Source: an uncultured Pseudomonadales bacterium
Lineage (GTDB): Bacteria > Patescibacteriota > Microgenomatia > UBA1400 > MFAQ01
DNA length: 64,000 bases
Direction: 5' to 3'
Assembly (NCBI GenBank): GCA_964564895.1
Contig: CAZMCB010000002.1
Span: 2,721-66,720 of the forward strand
Shown one piece after another: positions 27,829-37,097 of the stretch. Each line of letters begins with the position of its first letter. Position 1 is the stretch's first letter. Position numbers and translations under genes: made by a program. A model generated the notes under the pieces. The model was not told the DNA's origin. It saw nothing but the letters and a program-made list of their open reading frames with translations, and searched no databases.

Positions 27829-28278
27829 CTATTTCAGAAGAATCACGAGGAGGATGACGAGAATCTGGGGAAGCATGCCCCAGAACTTATTTGGAGTGGA
27901 ACGGTGGACGAATGCGTGCAATTTGGCTAGTTGTTTGATGGGGAAAAATTTCATATTGAGAAATAGATAGGGAAACTCAAGAAAATCGGGAAGAAGACCA
28001 ACAAACCAACCAAGCCATGCTAGCCAATTTATCGTGGGTTGACCTGCTTGAAAAATTAAATATACAAGAACTATGGAAAAGGGAAAATCAAAAAATAATT
28101 CCTGAAGAAAAGCGGCTTTTTTTGACTTTTTCTTTTTGGTAAGACCCTGGCCTACGTCCCAATGAGGGATTCTGTCTTCAATGTAATGGGAGAGAAGTAC
28201 TAGGGGAATGCTTATGAGAGGATTGGGAATCTTTGAGGCAATTAGGGCACCTGTGGTACCGTGGGCAATAGAAAGCAT
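27829..28278 (-). CDS. Membrane-bound metal-dependent hydrolase-like protein
   Basis: H..TG, SHYIEDRIPHWD, LLPD, LHAFVH. Confidence 0.75.
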   Translation of the reverse strand: MLSIAHGTTGALIASKIPNPLISIPLVLLSHYIEDRIPHWDVGQGLTKKKKSKKAAFLQELFFDFPFSIVLVYLIFQAGQPTINWLAWLGWFVGLLPDFLEFPYLFLNMKFFPIKQLAKLHAFVHRSTPNKFWGMLPQILVILLVILLK

Positions 28279-28306
28279 TGTGGATTCTAGTATACAATAA
28301 TGAGAG

Positions 28307-29041
28307 ATGAATGAAGCGATAATTAGAATAAGCAGTATACCTGTTTACGGTTTTGGACTGTTGGCAGTGTTTGCCTTTATGTGGGGTTCATTTGTTTTTT
28401 ACAAAAAAGCAGCTGAGTCTCATTTTGAAGATAGATTGATTCTTGACAGTGTAGTTCTTTCTGCTTTTTGGGGATTTATTATCGGAAGATTGGGCTTTAC
28501 ATTATTAAACCTAGAAACTTTTTGGGGGCATTTTTCTAGAGTCTTTTTGCTTACAAATTACCCCGGTCTTGATCGTTATGGAGTTATCTTTGGAATAGCT
28601 TTGGGACTTTGGCTGTGTTTGCGAAAAACAAAAGAAAAGTTTTTGGATTGGTTCGATCTTGTGGCTATAGGAATGTCTGCTGGGAGTGCTATTTTCTTTG
28701 CTGGTATGGCAATAATGGCCTTTATGTGGCAGTTTATCGTCCTTGCATTTGTTTTTTTGGGAGCATTTATTTATTTTTGGAACGTAGAGCGACGTTATCG
28801 AACTTTTGATTGGTATAGAAACAATAGGACTTCGGCAAGATCAGGTTTTATTGCTGGATTCTCAATTTCTTCTTGGGGAGTATTGTATATGGCAGAAAAA
28901 ATATTGATTGGAGGCTTTGTTTGGAGTATGGGTGTATGGGCGGGAGTGATGTTTGTTGGGGGCTTGGTTTTAGTGTATATTAGGTCTGGCAGGACAGTGA
29001 CAGAAGATATTAGAACAATTTTAAAACATGGAAAAAAATAA
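28307..29041 (+). CDS. Lgt-like membrane protein (divergent)
   Basis: IPVYG, IIGRLGF, GL..YG; next to lspA; canonical RxGNFxNxE absent. Confidence 0.65.
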   Translation: MNEAIIRISSIPVYGFGLLAVFAFMWGSFVFYKKAAESHFEDRLILDSVVLSAFWGFIIGRLGFTLLNLETFWGHFSRVFLLTNYPGLDRYGVIFGIALGLWLCLRKTKEKFLDWFDLVAIGMSAGSAIFFAGMAIMAFMWQFIVLAFVFLGAFIYFWNVERRYRTFDWYRNNRTSARSGFIAGFSISSWGVLYMAEKILIGGFVWSMGVWAGVMFVGGLVLVYIRSGRTVTEDIRTILKHGKK

Positions 29042-29417
29042 AAACAAAATTGCATTCCCTTCACAACTTTTGAAGCCATTGGTGGCATATCTTAAAGGTG
29101 AAAAGAAGAAATTAATTGAGTCAAAGAAGGAATTAAAAAAAGTTGATCCATTTGTGACCGGAGAAAGAGATGCAGACAACTCAGTTGATTCTGATGTGGC
29201 TGAGAATGTCCAGCATGATAGATCTTTTGCAATGAGATTGCAGGTATCTAAATCATTGGTAGCTATTCGCAAAACTTTAACTCGAATTAAGCTTGGAAAA
29301 TATGGAATTTGTGCTAACTGTGGCAAGATGATAGATACAGATAGACTTGCAGTTACCCCAACAGCTGAGTACTGTATGGATTGTGCTAGAAAGATGGAAG
29401 AAAAGGCTGGAGAGTGA
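29028..29417 (+). CDS. TraR/DksA C4-type zinc finger protein
   Basis: GKYGICANCG..I..DRL..P.AEYCMDC. Confidence 0.9.
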   Translation: MEKNKNKIAFPSQLLKPLVAYLKGEKKKLIESKKELKKVDPFVTGERDADNSVDSDVAENVQHDRSFAMRLQVSKSLVAIRKTLTRIKLGKYGICANCGKMIDTDRLAVTPTAEYCMDCARKMEEKAGE

Positions 29418-29824
29418 TTTGTGGAGGTTTTTTGGTTCTCTTAATGGATTTAATTTTGCAGTATTTTTTTCGGATAGAAAATATTGGTTATGCAAATAGG
29501 GGAGTATCTTTTGGATTTGGTTCTGAAGTTGGATCTATTATTTCTTTTATCGCCTTTGGAGGTTTATTGATTTGGTTTGTTTTTGAGTTAATTAAATTTA
29601 AAAAAATAAGGTCTTACATTTTCCTTATCTTGTTAGGGGGATTGGGTAATATTGCTGGGAGAGTATTTTGGGGAAGTGTTTGGGATTATGTTTGTGTTCC
29701 TTATGTTCCATTTTGTTTTAACTTTTCAGACGTTCTTATAAGTATTGGCGTAGTGTCGTATATACTTGGAGGTAATGGAAATAGAAGTACTCTACGAGGA
29801 CAACGAGACACTGGTAATCAATAA
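29414..29824 (+). CDS. lspA: Signal peptidase II
   Basis: NRGVSFG, GGLGN, VWDY, FNFSD. Confidence 0.85.
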   Translation: MICGGFLVLLMDLILQYFFRIENIGYANRGVSFGFGSEVGSIISFIAFGGLLIWFVFELIKFKKIRSYIFLILLGGLGNIAGRVFWGSVWDYVCVPYVPFCFNFSDVLISIGVVSYILGGNGNRSTLRGQRDTGNQ

Positions 29825-30503
29825 GCCAGTTGGTTTGGTGGTGAATAGAGCTGAGTCTGTTTCGGCACCCACAGTCCAAGACTGGATTGAGGAGAGACTT
29901 GGTGAGTCATTTTTTCAGTATACGGACAAAGTATTTCGCCAGAGAAGTGGGTTTTGTCATCGACTCGATAAAGAAACAAGTGGCTGCTTAGTGATAGCAA
30001 AAAACCCTGAAGCCTTACGATACTATTTAAAATTATTTAAACTGCGTAAACTTACAAAGGAGTATGTGGCTTTGGTTCATGGAAAAGTGGAACCAACTGA
30101 AGGAACAGTAATATTGCCTATGAAAAGAAGTCAGTTTGACAGAGAAAAATGGCAGGTTCACTATGAAGGGAAGAAAGCGGTAACTTCTTGGAAAGTGATA
30201 GACCGATTTGAGTATAAAAATACAGAGCACTGGAAAAATTCTTTAACATATTTAAGACTAAATTTAAAAACTGGAAGAACTCATCAGATTAGAGTTCACT
30301 TGTCCTTCTTGGGTTGGCCAATATTCGCGGATGAAAAGTACTTGAATAAAGAACTGGCAGCTCGTGATAGAGAGTTTTTGAGTCATCATTTTTTGCATGC
30401 TGAGAGAATTGAGTTTGTGAATTTTGCTGGAGCGCCGGTTTTGGTAGTTGCACCATTACCTAGTGACTGTGAGGGATTGCTTAAGGACATGGGTTTCCAT
30501 TAG
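29775..30503 (+). CDS. RluA/RluD pseudouridine synthase
   Basis: NKPVG, HRLDKETSG, TGRTHQIRVH, LHA. Confidence 0.95.
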   Translation: MEIEVLYEDNETLVINKPVGLVVNRAESVSAPTVQDWIEERLGESFFQYTDKVFRQRSGFCHRLDKETSGCLVIAKNPEALRYYLKLFKLRKLTKEYVALVHGKVEPTEGTVILPMKRSQFDREKWQVHYEGKKAVTSWKVIDRFEYKNTEHWKNSLTYLRLNLKTGRTHQIRVHLSFLGWPIFADEKYLNKELAARDREFLSHHFLHAERIEFVNFAGAPVLVVAPLPSDCEGLLKDMGFH

Positions 30504-30512
30504 AATGAAGTA

Positions 30513-32195
30513 ATGGATTTATTTATCGTTGAGTTGGTAGCGGTTTTTGTAATTGCAGTTTTGGTTGGAATTGTATTTAGATATTTTGGACTACCTTCTA
30601 TCATCGGACATGTTTTATCTGGACTCGTAATTGGACTGTCTGGACTGATTAGTTCTCCAAGTGTTTCTGTACTGCACACTCTTGGGACCTTGGGAGTAAC
30701 TCTTCTTTTGTTTTTGGTTGGCTTGGAAATGAACTGGAGTGAGATTAGAAAAGTGGGAAAGGAAGCAGTATTTATGTTTTTGGGGCAGACTGTATTGTTG
30801 GCAGCCGTATATATAGTATTTGGCTTGTTCGCAGTTGGCTTTAGTCCTATTGCAGCAGTTTTATTTGCTATCGCTATGACTTTCTCAAGCACTATCGTGG
30901 TTGTAAAAGTGCTTTCTGAGAAACGTGAATTAAATAATTACTCAGGGAGATTGACCTTAGGAATACTTCTTCTTCAAGATGTTTTGGCTATTTGTTTGCT
31001 TGTATTTTTACCAAGCGTTGGTCAGGGAATAAGTATTACAGGAATTGGTTTGTTAATAGCTAAGTTGTTTGCTCTGGTGATGATTGTTAATGTTTTTGGG
31101 CACTTTATTATTTCGTTACTAATGAAACATGTAATCAAGTCTGCTGAGGACTTGGTCCTATTTAGCTTGGCTTGGTTTGCAATAGTCATCTATGGATCTA
31201 CAGCACTTTTTGGACTATCTCCAGAGGTTGGAGGACTACTAGCCGGTCTATCTCTTTCAACTAGCTGGGGACATTTCCAGATAGTCAGTAAGATTCGAGT
31301 TTTACGCGACGTCTTCTTGACAATGTTTTTTGTGTTATTAGGTTTTCAAGTTGGTCTTGGTGGAGTTGATTGGCTGCTTGTATTTGTGTTGATTTTAATG
31401 ATTGTGGTTGTTAAATTTTTGGTTACTCATACTGTGTCTCATCTGGTAGGTCTTAGCGGAAGAAACTCAATATTAATGGGAATAAATATGACCCAGATGT
31501 CCGAGTTTTCTCTTGTAGTAATGTCTGTTGGCCTTACTGCTGGTTTGTGGAATGAGCCATTGGTTAAAGCAGTTACATTGGCCGGTTTGTTTTCGATGGC
31601 TATGTCGACAATAATAATTTCAAAATCTGATAAATTGAGCCTTAAGATTAGTAAGCTTTCAAGAATACTCTTTAGTTTTACTGGAAAAAATAGACAAACA
31701 AAAGTTGAGTTTAAAAATCACACAGTATTAATTGGATGCGACCGAACTGGAAAAGGTATTCTATTGTTTTTGAAGAAGTTCGGAGAAAAAGTGGTAATCG
31801 TGGAGTATAACCCTAGAATTGTAAATGAGTTAAAGGCGAAAGGGGAGTCTGTAATTTTTGCTGATGCAACTGATCCTGATATTTTAGAGCTTTCTAATAT
31901 GTATGAAGCGAAATTGATAATCTCTACAATTAAAAATTTTAACGATGAGTTATCTTTGATTTCTGAGATAAAAAACAAAAAAATCGAGGCTCCGATAATT
32001 GCAGATGCAGAAAGCTTGGCTCATGCAAAACATCTCTATGAAGCTGGTGCTTCTTATGTGATCTTTCCTCATTTTGCTAGCGGATGGCACATTGGACAGA
32101 TGATTAAGAAGTTTGGTAAGGATAAAGAAACTTTGACTAAGTATCGTACCCGACAAGACAGTTTCTTAAAAAGAACATATGAAGACGAGTATTAA
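30513..32195 (+). CDS. Cation:proton antiporter (CPA2/Kef-like) with TrkA-N domain
   Basis: FSSTIVV, LLLQD, QMSEF, IGCDRTG, ADATD. Confidence 0.92.
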   Translation: MDLFIVELVAVFVIAVLVGIVFRYFGLPSIIGHVLSGLVIGLSGLISSPSVSVLHTLGTLGVTLLLFLVGLEMNWSEIRKVGKEAVFMFLGQTVLLAAVYIVFGLFAVGFSPIAAVLFAIAMTFSSTIVVVKVLSEKRELNNYSGRLTLGILLLQDVLAICLLVFLPSVGQGISITGIGLLIAKLFALVMIVNVFGHFIISLLMKHVIKSAEDLVLFSLAWFAIVIYGSTALFGLSPEVGGLLAGLSLSTSWGHFQIVSKIRVLRDVFLTMFFVLLGFQVGLGGVDWLLVFVLILMIVVVKFLVTHTVSHLVGLSGRNSILMGINMTQMSEFSLVVMSVGLTAGLWNEPLVKAVTLAGLFSMAMSTIIISKSDKLSLKISKLSRILFSFTGKNRQTKVEFKNHTVLIGCDRTGKGILLFLKKFGEKVVIVEYNPRIVNELKAKGESVIFADATDPDILELSNMYEAKLIISTIKNFNDELSLISEIKNKKIEAPIIADAESLAHAKHLYEAGASYVIFPHFASGWHIGQMIKKFGKDKETLTKYRTRQDSFLKRTYEDEY

Positions 32196-33066
32196 AGATA
32201 AACTACTTATAATTTTGGGAAGTGTTTTCTTGCTAGTTCTTTTGGGACTTTTGGTTTTTGATGTAACTAGAAGGGGAGTATTTAGTAATAGAATGGGTTT
32301 TAATGTGGCTGTCGTGGGAAACGAAGGAATAAGTATTTTATTACTGCGACCCGAGGAGGGGATGGTGGGTTGGATTCGTTTACCAGATAATATTAGAGTA
32401 AAAATTTATAATTCAGAGGCTTTTTATCCACTTGAGTCGGTGTGGAGTTACGGAGTATCAGAGAAAAAGCCATTTGAAATAATGGAAAAATCAGTTGGTC
32501 AAGCGATGGGTGTAGTAATTGCCAGAACAATAAAGATTGATGATAGCTCAGGAATTGAAAATGTACTGGGAAGACTACTGTCTTTGAGCTTAAAAACAGA
32601 TATCAGTATCCGAGATAGGGTTTTGATAAGACAGTTTTTGGGCGACGCAGTAAAGTCAAAAAGAGTGCTTGAAATGAGTATTCCTAAGACCGTCTTTGAT
32701 GTTGTAACTGATCCGGATGGTGCTGAGTTTAATGAATTTAACCTTACTATGAGTTTGTGGACAAAAAACAAGTTTGTAGTTGAGCCCATCCTTAATGAAA
32801 ATGCTGATATATCAATAAATAATATATCTGGTATTTCAGGTCTTGGAGGGATTTTGGCAAACCAATTGGAGTCAACAGGAATGCATGTAACTGAGTTGAA
32901 GGCGATAACTGATGAGATTGTTCCTTCTGAAAAAGGATGTGTCTTTGCAAGTGAGAAGAGATATGAAATGACAGAGCTGATTCTAAAAGAGCAGTTGGGA
33001 TGTAACAAAATAGCAAGACCTGATTATGTGGAACAAGATGAGAAACTTAGAATTTGGATTAGATAG
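32179..33066 (+). CDS. Membrane-anchored protein with LytR_C-like domain
   Basis: N-terminal TM; INNISGISGLG..LAN.LE..G. Confidence 0.6.
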   Translation: MKTSIKDKLLIILGSVFLLVLLGLLVFDVTRRGVFSNRMGFNVAVVGNEGISILLLRPEEGMVGWIRLPDNIRVKIYNSEAFYPLESVWSYGVSEKKPFEIMEKSVGQAMGVVIARTIKIDDSSGIENVLGRLLSLSLKTDISIRDRVLIRQFLGDAVKSKRVLEMSIPKTVFDVVTDPDGAEFNEFNLTMSLWTKNKFVVEPILNENADISINNISGISGLGGILANQLESTGMHVTELKAITDEIVPSEKGCVFASEKRYEMTELILKEQLGCNKIARPDYVEQDEKLRIWIR

Positions 33067-33067
33067 A

Positions 33068-33775
33068 CTAGCCTTCGTCTCCCATGAGAGGATCGTATAT
33101 TTCTATAGGAGGTAGCTCACTTGATTCACCAGCTGAGAGTGAAGGAAGAAGCTCACTATCGTCGAGGGGAAACGAAGGAACTCCTTTGAGTTTTTTTGAT
33201 GCGTGAGTTTCTTGGATAAATACTTGAGGGAATTTTGGATTGACTGATTTCATTACGGTTTTGTATTTGTACCCGGCTCTTAGAAGCTGAAGTAGGCGAT
33301 GAGAAATATTGTCAGGAAGATAGCCGACAAAGATATCTTTCTGATCTGAGACTTTGACTTTGTGTTTGCAATGGCCTAGCTCGACTGGTTCACCAATATT
33401 GAGGGCTGAGAAAATTTTTGGTTCAGCTTGACTGACAAGGGGAACGACTTTGGATTTTCCTGGTTCTTCGATAAAACTTACTGTTTGGGTGAATGGGTTG
33501 AGAAGACCGGTGTTTTTGTTTGCTTTTAATCTAACAATGTTGTTTTTGGCAATTGGGTTATGAGCGTCTATTTTTAAAACTTTATTAAAATTTTCTTCAG
33601 CTTTTTTGTTTTTACCAATCATGGAATAGGAGATACCAAGGCGATTTAGGGTAGAAATATCATCAGGAAAAGTCTCCAGTATTTTGGTGTTGAGATCAAC
33701 TGCTTCTTTCCAGTTTTTGTTTACTGCAGCTTTTATTGCTTCTTGTGTTAAATCGTGCGTGGAGTCATTGTTCAT
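33068..33775 (-). CDS. TPR-containing protein
   Basis: WKEA..LN..IL, LNRLG, FNKVLKID.HNPIA. Confidence 0.8.
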   Translation of the reverse strand: MNNDSTHDLTQEAIKAAVNKNWKEAVDLNTKILETFPDDISTLNRLGISYSMIGKNKKAEENFNKVLKIDAHNPIAKNNIVRLKANKNTGLLNPFTQTVSFIEEPGKSKVVPLVSQAEPKIFSALNIGEPVELGHCKHKVKVSDQKDIFVGYLPDNISHRLLQLLRAGYKYKTVMKSVNPKFPQVFIQETHASKKLKGVPSFPLDDSELLPSLSAGESSELPPIEIYDPLMGDEG

Positions 33776-33841
33776 GATGGAAGCATATTAATGATTTTTT
33801 TACCATATGTCAAGCTACAAATTGTTTGGTAGAATCAAGAT

Positions 33842-34366
33842 ATGTCAGGTCATTCCAAGTGGTCAACAATTAAACATCAAAAGGCGATTGAAGATAACAA
33901 ACGCGGTGCTGTGTTTACAAAAATCGCAAAAAAGATCCATATAGCCGTACAAAAAGGCGGTTCAGGGGACGTTAACGGTAATCCATTTTTAAGAGCTTGT
34001 GTAGATGAGGCACGCGCCGTAAATATGCCAATGGATAATATTAATCGCGCAATCGAAAAAGGATTAGGAGTCGGTGGGGCAAATACATCAGAAGAGGTTA
34101 TATATGAAGCTTACAGTAAAGAAGGAGTTGGAATTCTCATCACAGCTGTAACTGACAACCGTAATAGAACAGCCGCAGAGCTAAACTCAGTATTAAACAA
34201 ACATGAAGCAAAGTTGGGTGGTCCTGGGTCGGTATCCTACATGAAATCAATTTCTCCTATACCGATGATAAGTCTTGATGATGAATCAAAAGCTAATGTA
34301 GAGAGATTGTTGGAAGTATTAGGGGACCTTGACGATGTGGTTGAGACTTGGTCGAATTTAGATTAA
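33842..34366 (+). CDS. yebC: YebC/PmpR family protein (short form)
   Basis: MSGHSKWSTIKH, TDNRNRT, DDV..SN; 174 aa. Confidence 0.93.
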   Translation: MSGHSKWSTIKHQKAIEDNKRGAVFTKIAKKIHIAVQKGGSGDVNGNPFLRACVDEARAVNMPMDNINRAIEKGLGVGGANTSEEVIYEAYSKEGVGILITAVTDNRNRTAAELNSVLNKHEAKLGGPGSVSYMKSISPIPMISLDDESKANVERLLEVLGDLDDVVETWSNLD

Positions 34367-34368
34367 TT

Positions 34369-35193
34369 ATGTCAAAAAGAACAAAATTTATTTTGGTTAG
34401 CTTGCTTATTGCTTTCTTGTTGTGGCTTACAAGCATGGCTCAGGTGGACTATAGATTTGGCTTAGTTTTGGCTGTTGGGGCTGTTTCTTATATCTTGTCT
34501 GTTTGGGTCTTATTTGATGACTTGAAGGGCATTGAGTGGATTACATTGATAATTCTACCGATGATGTTTACGTTGGGAGCTGGTTTGTTTTCAAATTTTT
34601 TACCGACTGCTTTTCCAGGGATGTTTGGCAAGTCAATTTCTGTTGAGACCTCACAGTTGTTGGCAGGAATATTTAAAGTATTATATTTTTTATTGGTTGG
34701 CGTTGGACTTTACGGAATTCTTTTGATCGAGAATATTTTTTCAGTTGCTTCGATAAGGACAATTCAACTCTTCAGAGCGGCTCGATCAGTTAACTTTATT
34801 TTTACCTTGGTTACTTCACTATTTTTCTTTACTGTGGCACTGAGTTTGAAGTTGGCTTTTTGGTGGGTAATTCCAATTTCTTTTGCCGTTTCATTTGTTC
34901 TGGCTTATCCTAGTTTGTGGAGTATTGATTTAAAAAATAACTTTGGGCCACAGGTGATGCGATATGCATTGTCGGCAAGCTGGATTATCGCAATTCTGTC
35001 TGGAGTACTCTGTTTTTGGCCAGTTAAGCCTTTTATGGGTGGGCTCATTTTGACTTCAGGACTATACGCATTATTTGGCATCCTTGAACAGCGACTTTCT
35101 AATAGGGTATACCTAGAAAGCCTTCTGGAATATGGAGTGACTATTATTATCATTATTGTCGTAGGATTCTTGACTACTTCGTGGGTAGGCTAG
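34369..35193 (+). CDS. Polytopic membrane protein
   Basis: About 9 TM segments, NIFSVA..RTIQL.RAA. Confidence 0.75.
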   Translation: MSKRTKFILVSLLIAFLLWLTSMAQVDYRFGLVLAVGAVSYILSVWVLFDDLKGIEWITLIILPMMFTLGAGLFSNFLPTAFPGMFGKSISVETSQLLAGIFKVLYFLLVGVGLYGILLIENIFSVASIRTIQLFRAARSVNFIFTLVTSLFFFTVALSLKLAFWWVIPISFAVSFVLAYPSLWSIDLKNNFGPQVMRYALSASWIIAILSGVLCFWPVKPFMGGLILTSGLYALFGILEQRLSNRVYLESLLEYGVTIIIIIVVGFLTTSWVG

Positions 35194-35260
35194 GTATAAA
35201 ATTAATTTAATATTTGTTTGTGGAAAAATATTTTCTTGCGCTGACCAAAAGGGGGAGAAG

Positions 35261-35310
35261 TCCTATAATATACATCCTATAATAATTATCCTATAACACA
35301 TATCCTATAA
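35261..35310 (+). repeat. Four phased TCCTATAA repeats (14-bp period)
   Basis: Starts at 35261, 35275, 35289, 35303. Confidence 0.85.
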
Positions 35311-35355
35311 TAGTTTTCACGAAATGGGGAAGTTTTCACGAAAAATTAGCAGTCA

Positions 35356-35364
35356 TGTGGATAA
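35356..35364 (-). promoter_or_regulatory. DnaA box
   Basis: TGTGGATAA (reverse complement of TTATCCACA). Confidence 0.55.
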
Positions 35365-35579
35365 CTCGCTAGGTGAGTGGGTTTGATATAGTTGGCAAAA
35401 GAATGAAGAAAACACGATAGACCATCCCCAAGACAGGGCTATAAATAATCGTTATTTATTAATTAATTATTTTTTATTGACGACATGTTTGGGACACTGG
35501 TACGCGAGATAGAAGAAGTTATTCTTCTGCACTTCCCTGTTTATATTTTTAGTTCCCCTGGAGAAGAATGATTTATGAT

Positions 35580-35607
35580 ACGTCGCACAATAACACTTTT
35601 GCGACGT
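35580..35607. other. dif-like tyrosine recombinase site (11-6-11)
   Basis: ACGTCGCACAA-TAACAC-TTTTGCGACGT, arms 10/11 inverted; 1.5 kb from xer. Confidence 0.6.
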
Positions 35608-36077
35608 TAGTCACAAAGTTGTGCACCTAGAAGTAGATATTCACCCATCATGTGATTTCGTATAAAATCCCGAATACTTTACGGGTTTAGCCTCCCCCAT
35701 GTGTGTTTTAGTTCATTCTTTTAAGGTTTGTGCCTAGTAGCCTCAAATCGTGCTTAACCATATATAAACCCGAAAACTCGAGGCTAAACCTCTATGAACA
35801 AGTACCCACAAAAAGTCCCAGAAGCCGTTTTAGGGGCATTGTACGGGCCGGCTTTTTTGGGGTTTTTGATGTCAGTTTGGAGTTTCTTTAATAGAGTAAA
35901 GAGACGTATGGTTTGTGCTTGGATATCGAGTATTGGTTCTTTAATTTTGTAAATTGAATTTAATTATTTATTTATGTTTCCGAAAATATTTATTGTTGGA
36001 ATATTATAAAAATATTAATTTGTAATTAATTATTTTTTAAGAAAATTTATCGACGCAAAGAATTCTTAATAATTCAT

Positions 36078-36086
36078 TGTGGATAA
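36078..36086 (-). promoter_or_regulatory. DnaA box next to AT-rich tract
   Basis: TGTGGATAA after the very AT-rich 35940-36075 stretch. Confidence 0.55.
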
Positions 36087-36190
36087 CTTTCTGTCGTCCA
36101 TTATCAAAAATTCTTCCCGGTCCTCCCCTATTTCTAACTCCCCTATTTTTCATGGTGTGAAAATTTTTTTGTAATTATTTTTTTAAATAT

Positions 36191-36217
36191 AAAAAATCCC
36201 CGCTAGTTTGCGGGGAT
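36191..36217 (-). terminator. Intrinsic terminator, module 11
   Basis: A6-TCCCCGC-tagttt-GCGGGGAT; overlaps the stop codon. Confidence 0.8.
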
Positions 36218-36592
36218 GTTTGCTTTGTTTATGAGAGTAATAAGATAATCGATTCTATCAAGCAGAAGTTCATATCGTTGACGTGTTGAGTTTGTTGACA
36301 GTAATCGTTTTCTATTTCGAATCACAATATTTTCTTTAATCGGTTTACCTTTGATAAAATTGAATTGATCTTCGGTGAGATCAACATGAACTCCATCTGG
36401 AAGGATATTCCAACAATGAGTGTCACCATCTGTCATTTTGCAACTTGGGAGTTTGCCTCCAAAATATTTCTGAACAACTAGTGCTGTGACATAACACTGG
36501 TTAAGCGATGGAACGCGAGGTTTCCAGTCACCGTAGGCTGTTTCGGCACACCAGGCTACTTCAAGTAAAGCTCTTAATGTTTTTAGATCCAT
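36203..36592 (-). CDS. YunG-like protein
   Basis: AWCAET..W..PSLNQCYVTALVVQ.YFGG..HCWN..VDLT.DQF. Confidence 0.7.
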   Translation of the reverse strand: MDLKTLRALLEVAWCAETAYGDWKPRVPSLNQCYVTALVVQKYFGGKLPSCKMTDGDTHCWNILPDGVHVDLTEDQFNFIKGKPIKENIVIRNRKRLLSTNSTRQRYELLLDRIDYLITLINKANIPAN

Positions 36593-36617
36593 TGCTTGCC
36601 CCTTTTCTTCGTTGTCG

Positions 36618-36989
36618 TTAGTCTACCTTGAAATCAGAATATTTTAGAATTTCTTTACCATCCTTGGAGAAAATTATTTCTTTGAGGGTGGAAAGTTTTC
36701 GTCTTGACATCATGCCGTTTACCGGTAACCTGACACCATGATTTGAGGTCGTGATAATACTAAAATCGGTGAACGGATTGATCAAGACTGAATTGGCGTT
36801 TTCGTAATAGATACCTTTTGGGTGAGTTGCTCTGTCTCTTTGTACTGCCCGATGGGCTTGGGACTTTTGAGAAACAAGATCTGTAATGGTACAGGTAATG
36901 ATGGTCGCCGATGAATGAGCACTCTCTTTTTTTTCTGGGTCTGTTTCATGGTTACGGACAGATTCGAAAACACTACTATATTGATCCAA
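36618..36989 (-). CDS. Orphan protein
   Basis: 123 aa; TTG start after AAAGGAG. Confidence 0.6.
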   Translation of the reverse strand: MDQYSSVFESVRNHETDPEKKESAHSSATIITCTITDLVSQKSQAHRAVQRDRATHPKGIYYENANSVLINPFTDFSIITTSNHGVRLPVNGMMSRRKLSTLKEIIFSKDGKEILKYSDFKVD

Positions 36990-36995
36990 TGTTTG

Positions 36996-37028
36996 CTCCT
37001 TTTAATGAACTGAGATTTCGATATTTTA
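36996..37028 (-). promoter_or_regulatory. Module 11 leader
   Basis: TAAAAT 37023-37028; GTTCATTAAAA 37000-37010 abutting GGAG. Confidence 0.55.
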
Positions 37029-37097
37029 TATTAATAGTTGTGTATAAGCAAAGGATGAGTTTTTATGTCGCACAATATTTTGGTATGATGAATATAG

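Noticed and set aside
35261-35343. CRISPR array
   Set aside because: 8-bp units with 6-bp gaps are far too short; no cas genes in the window.
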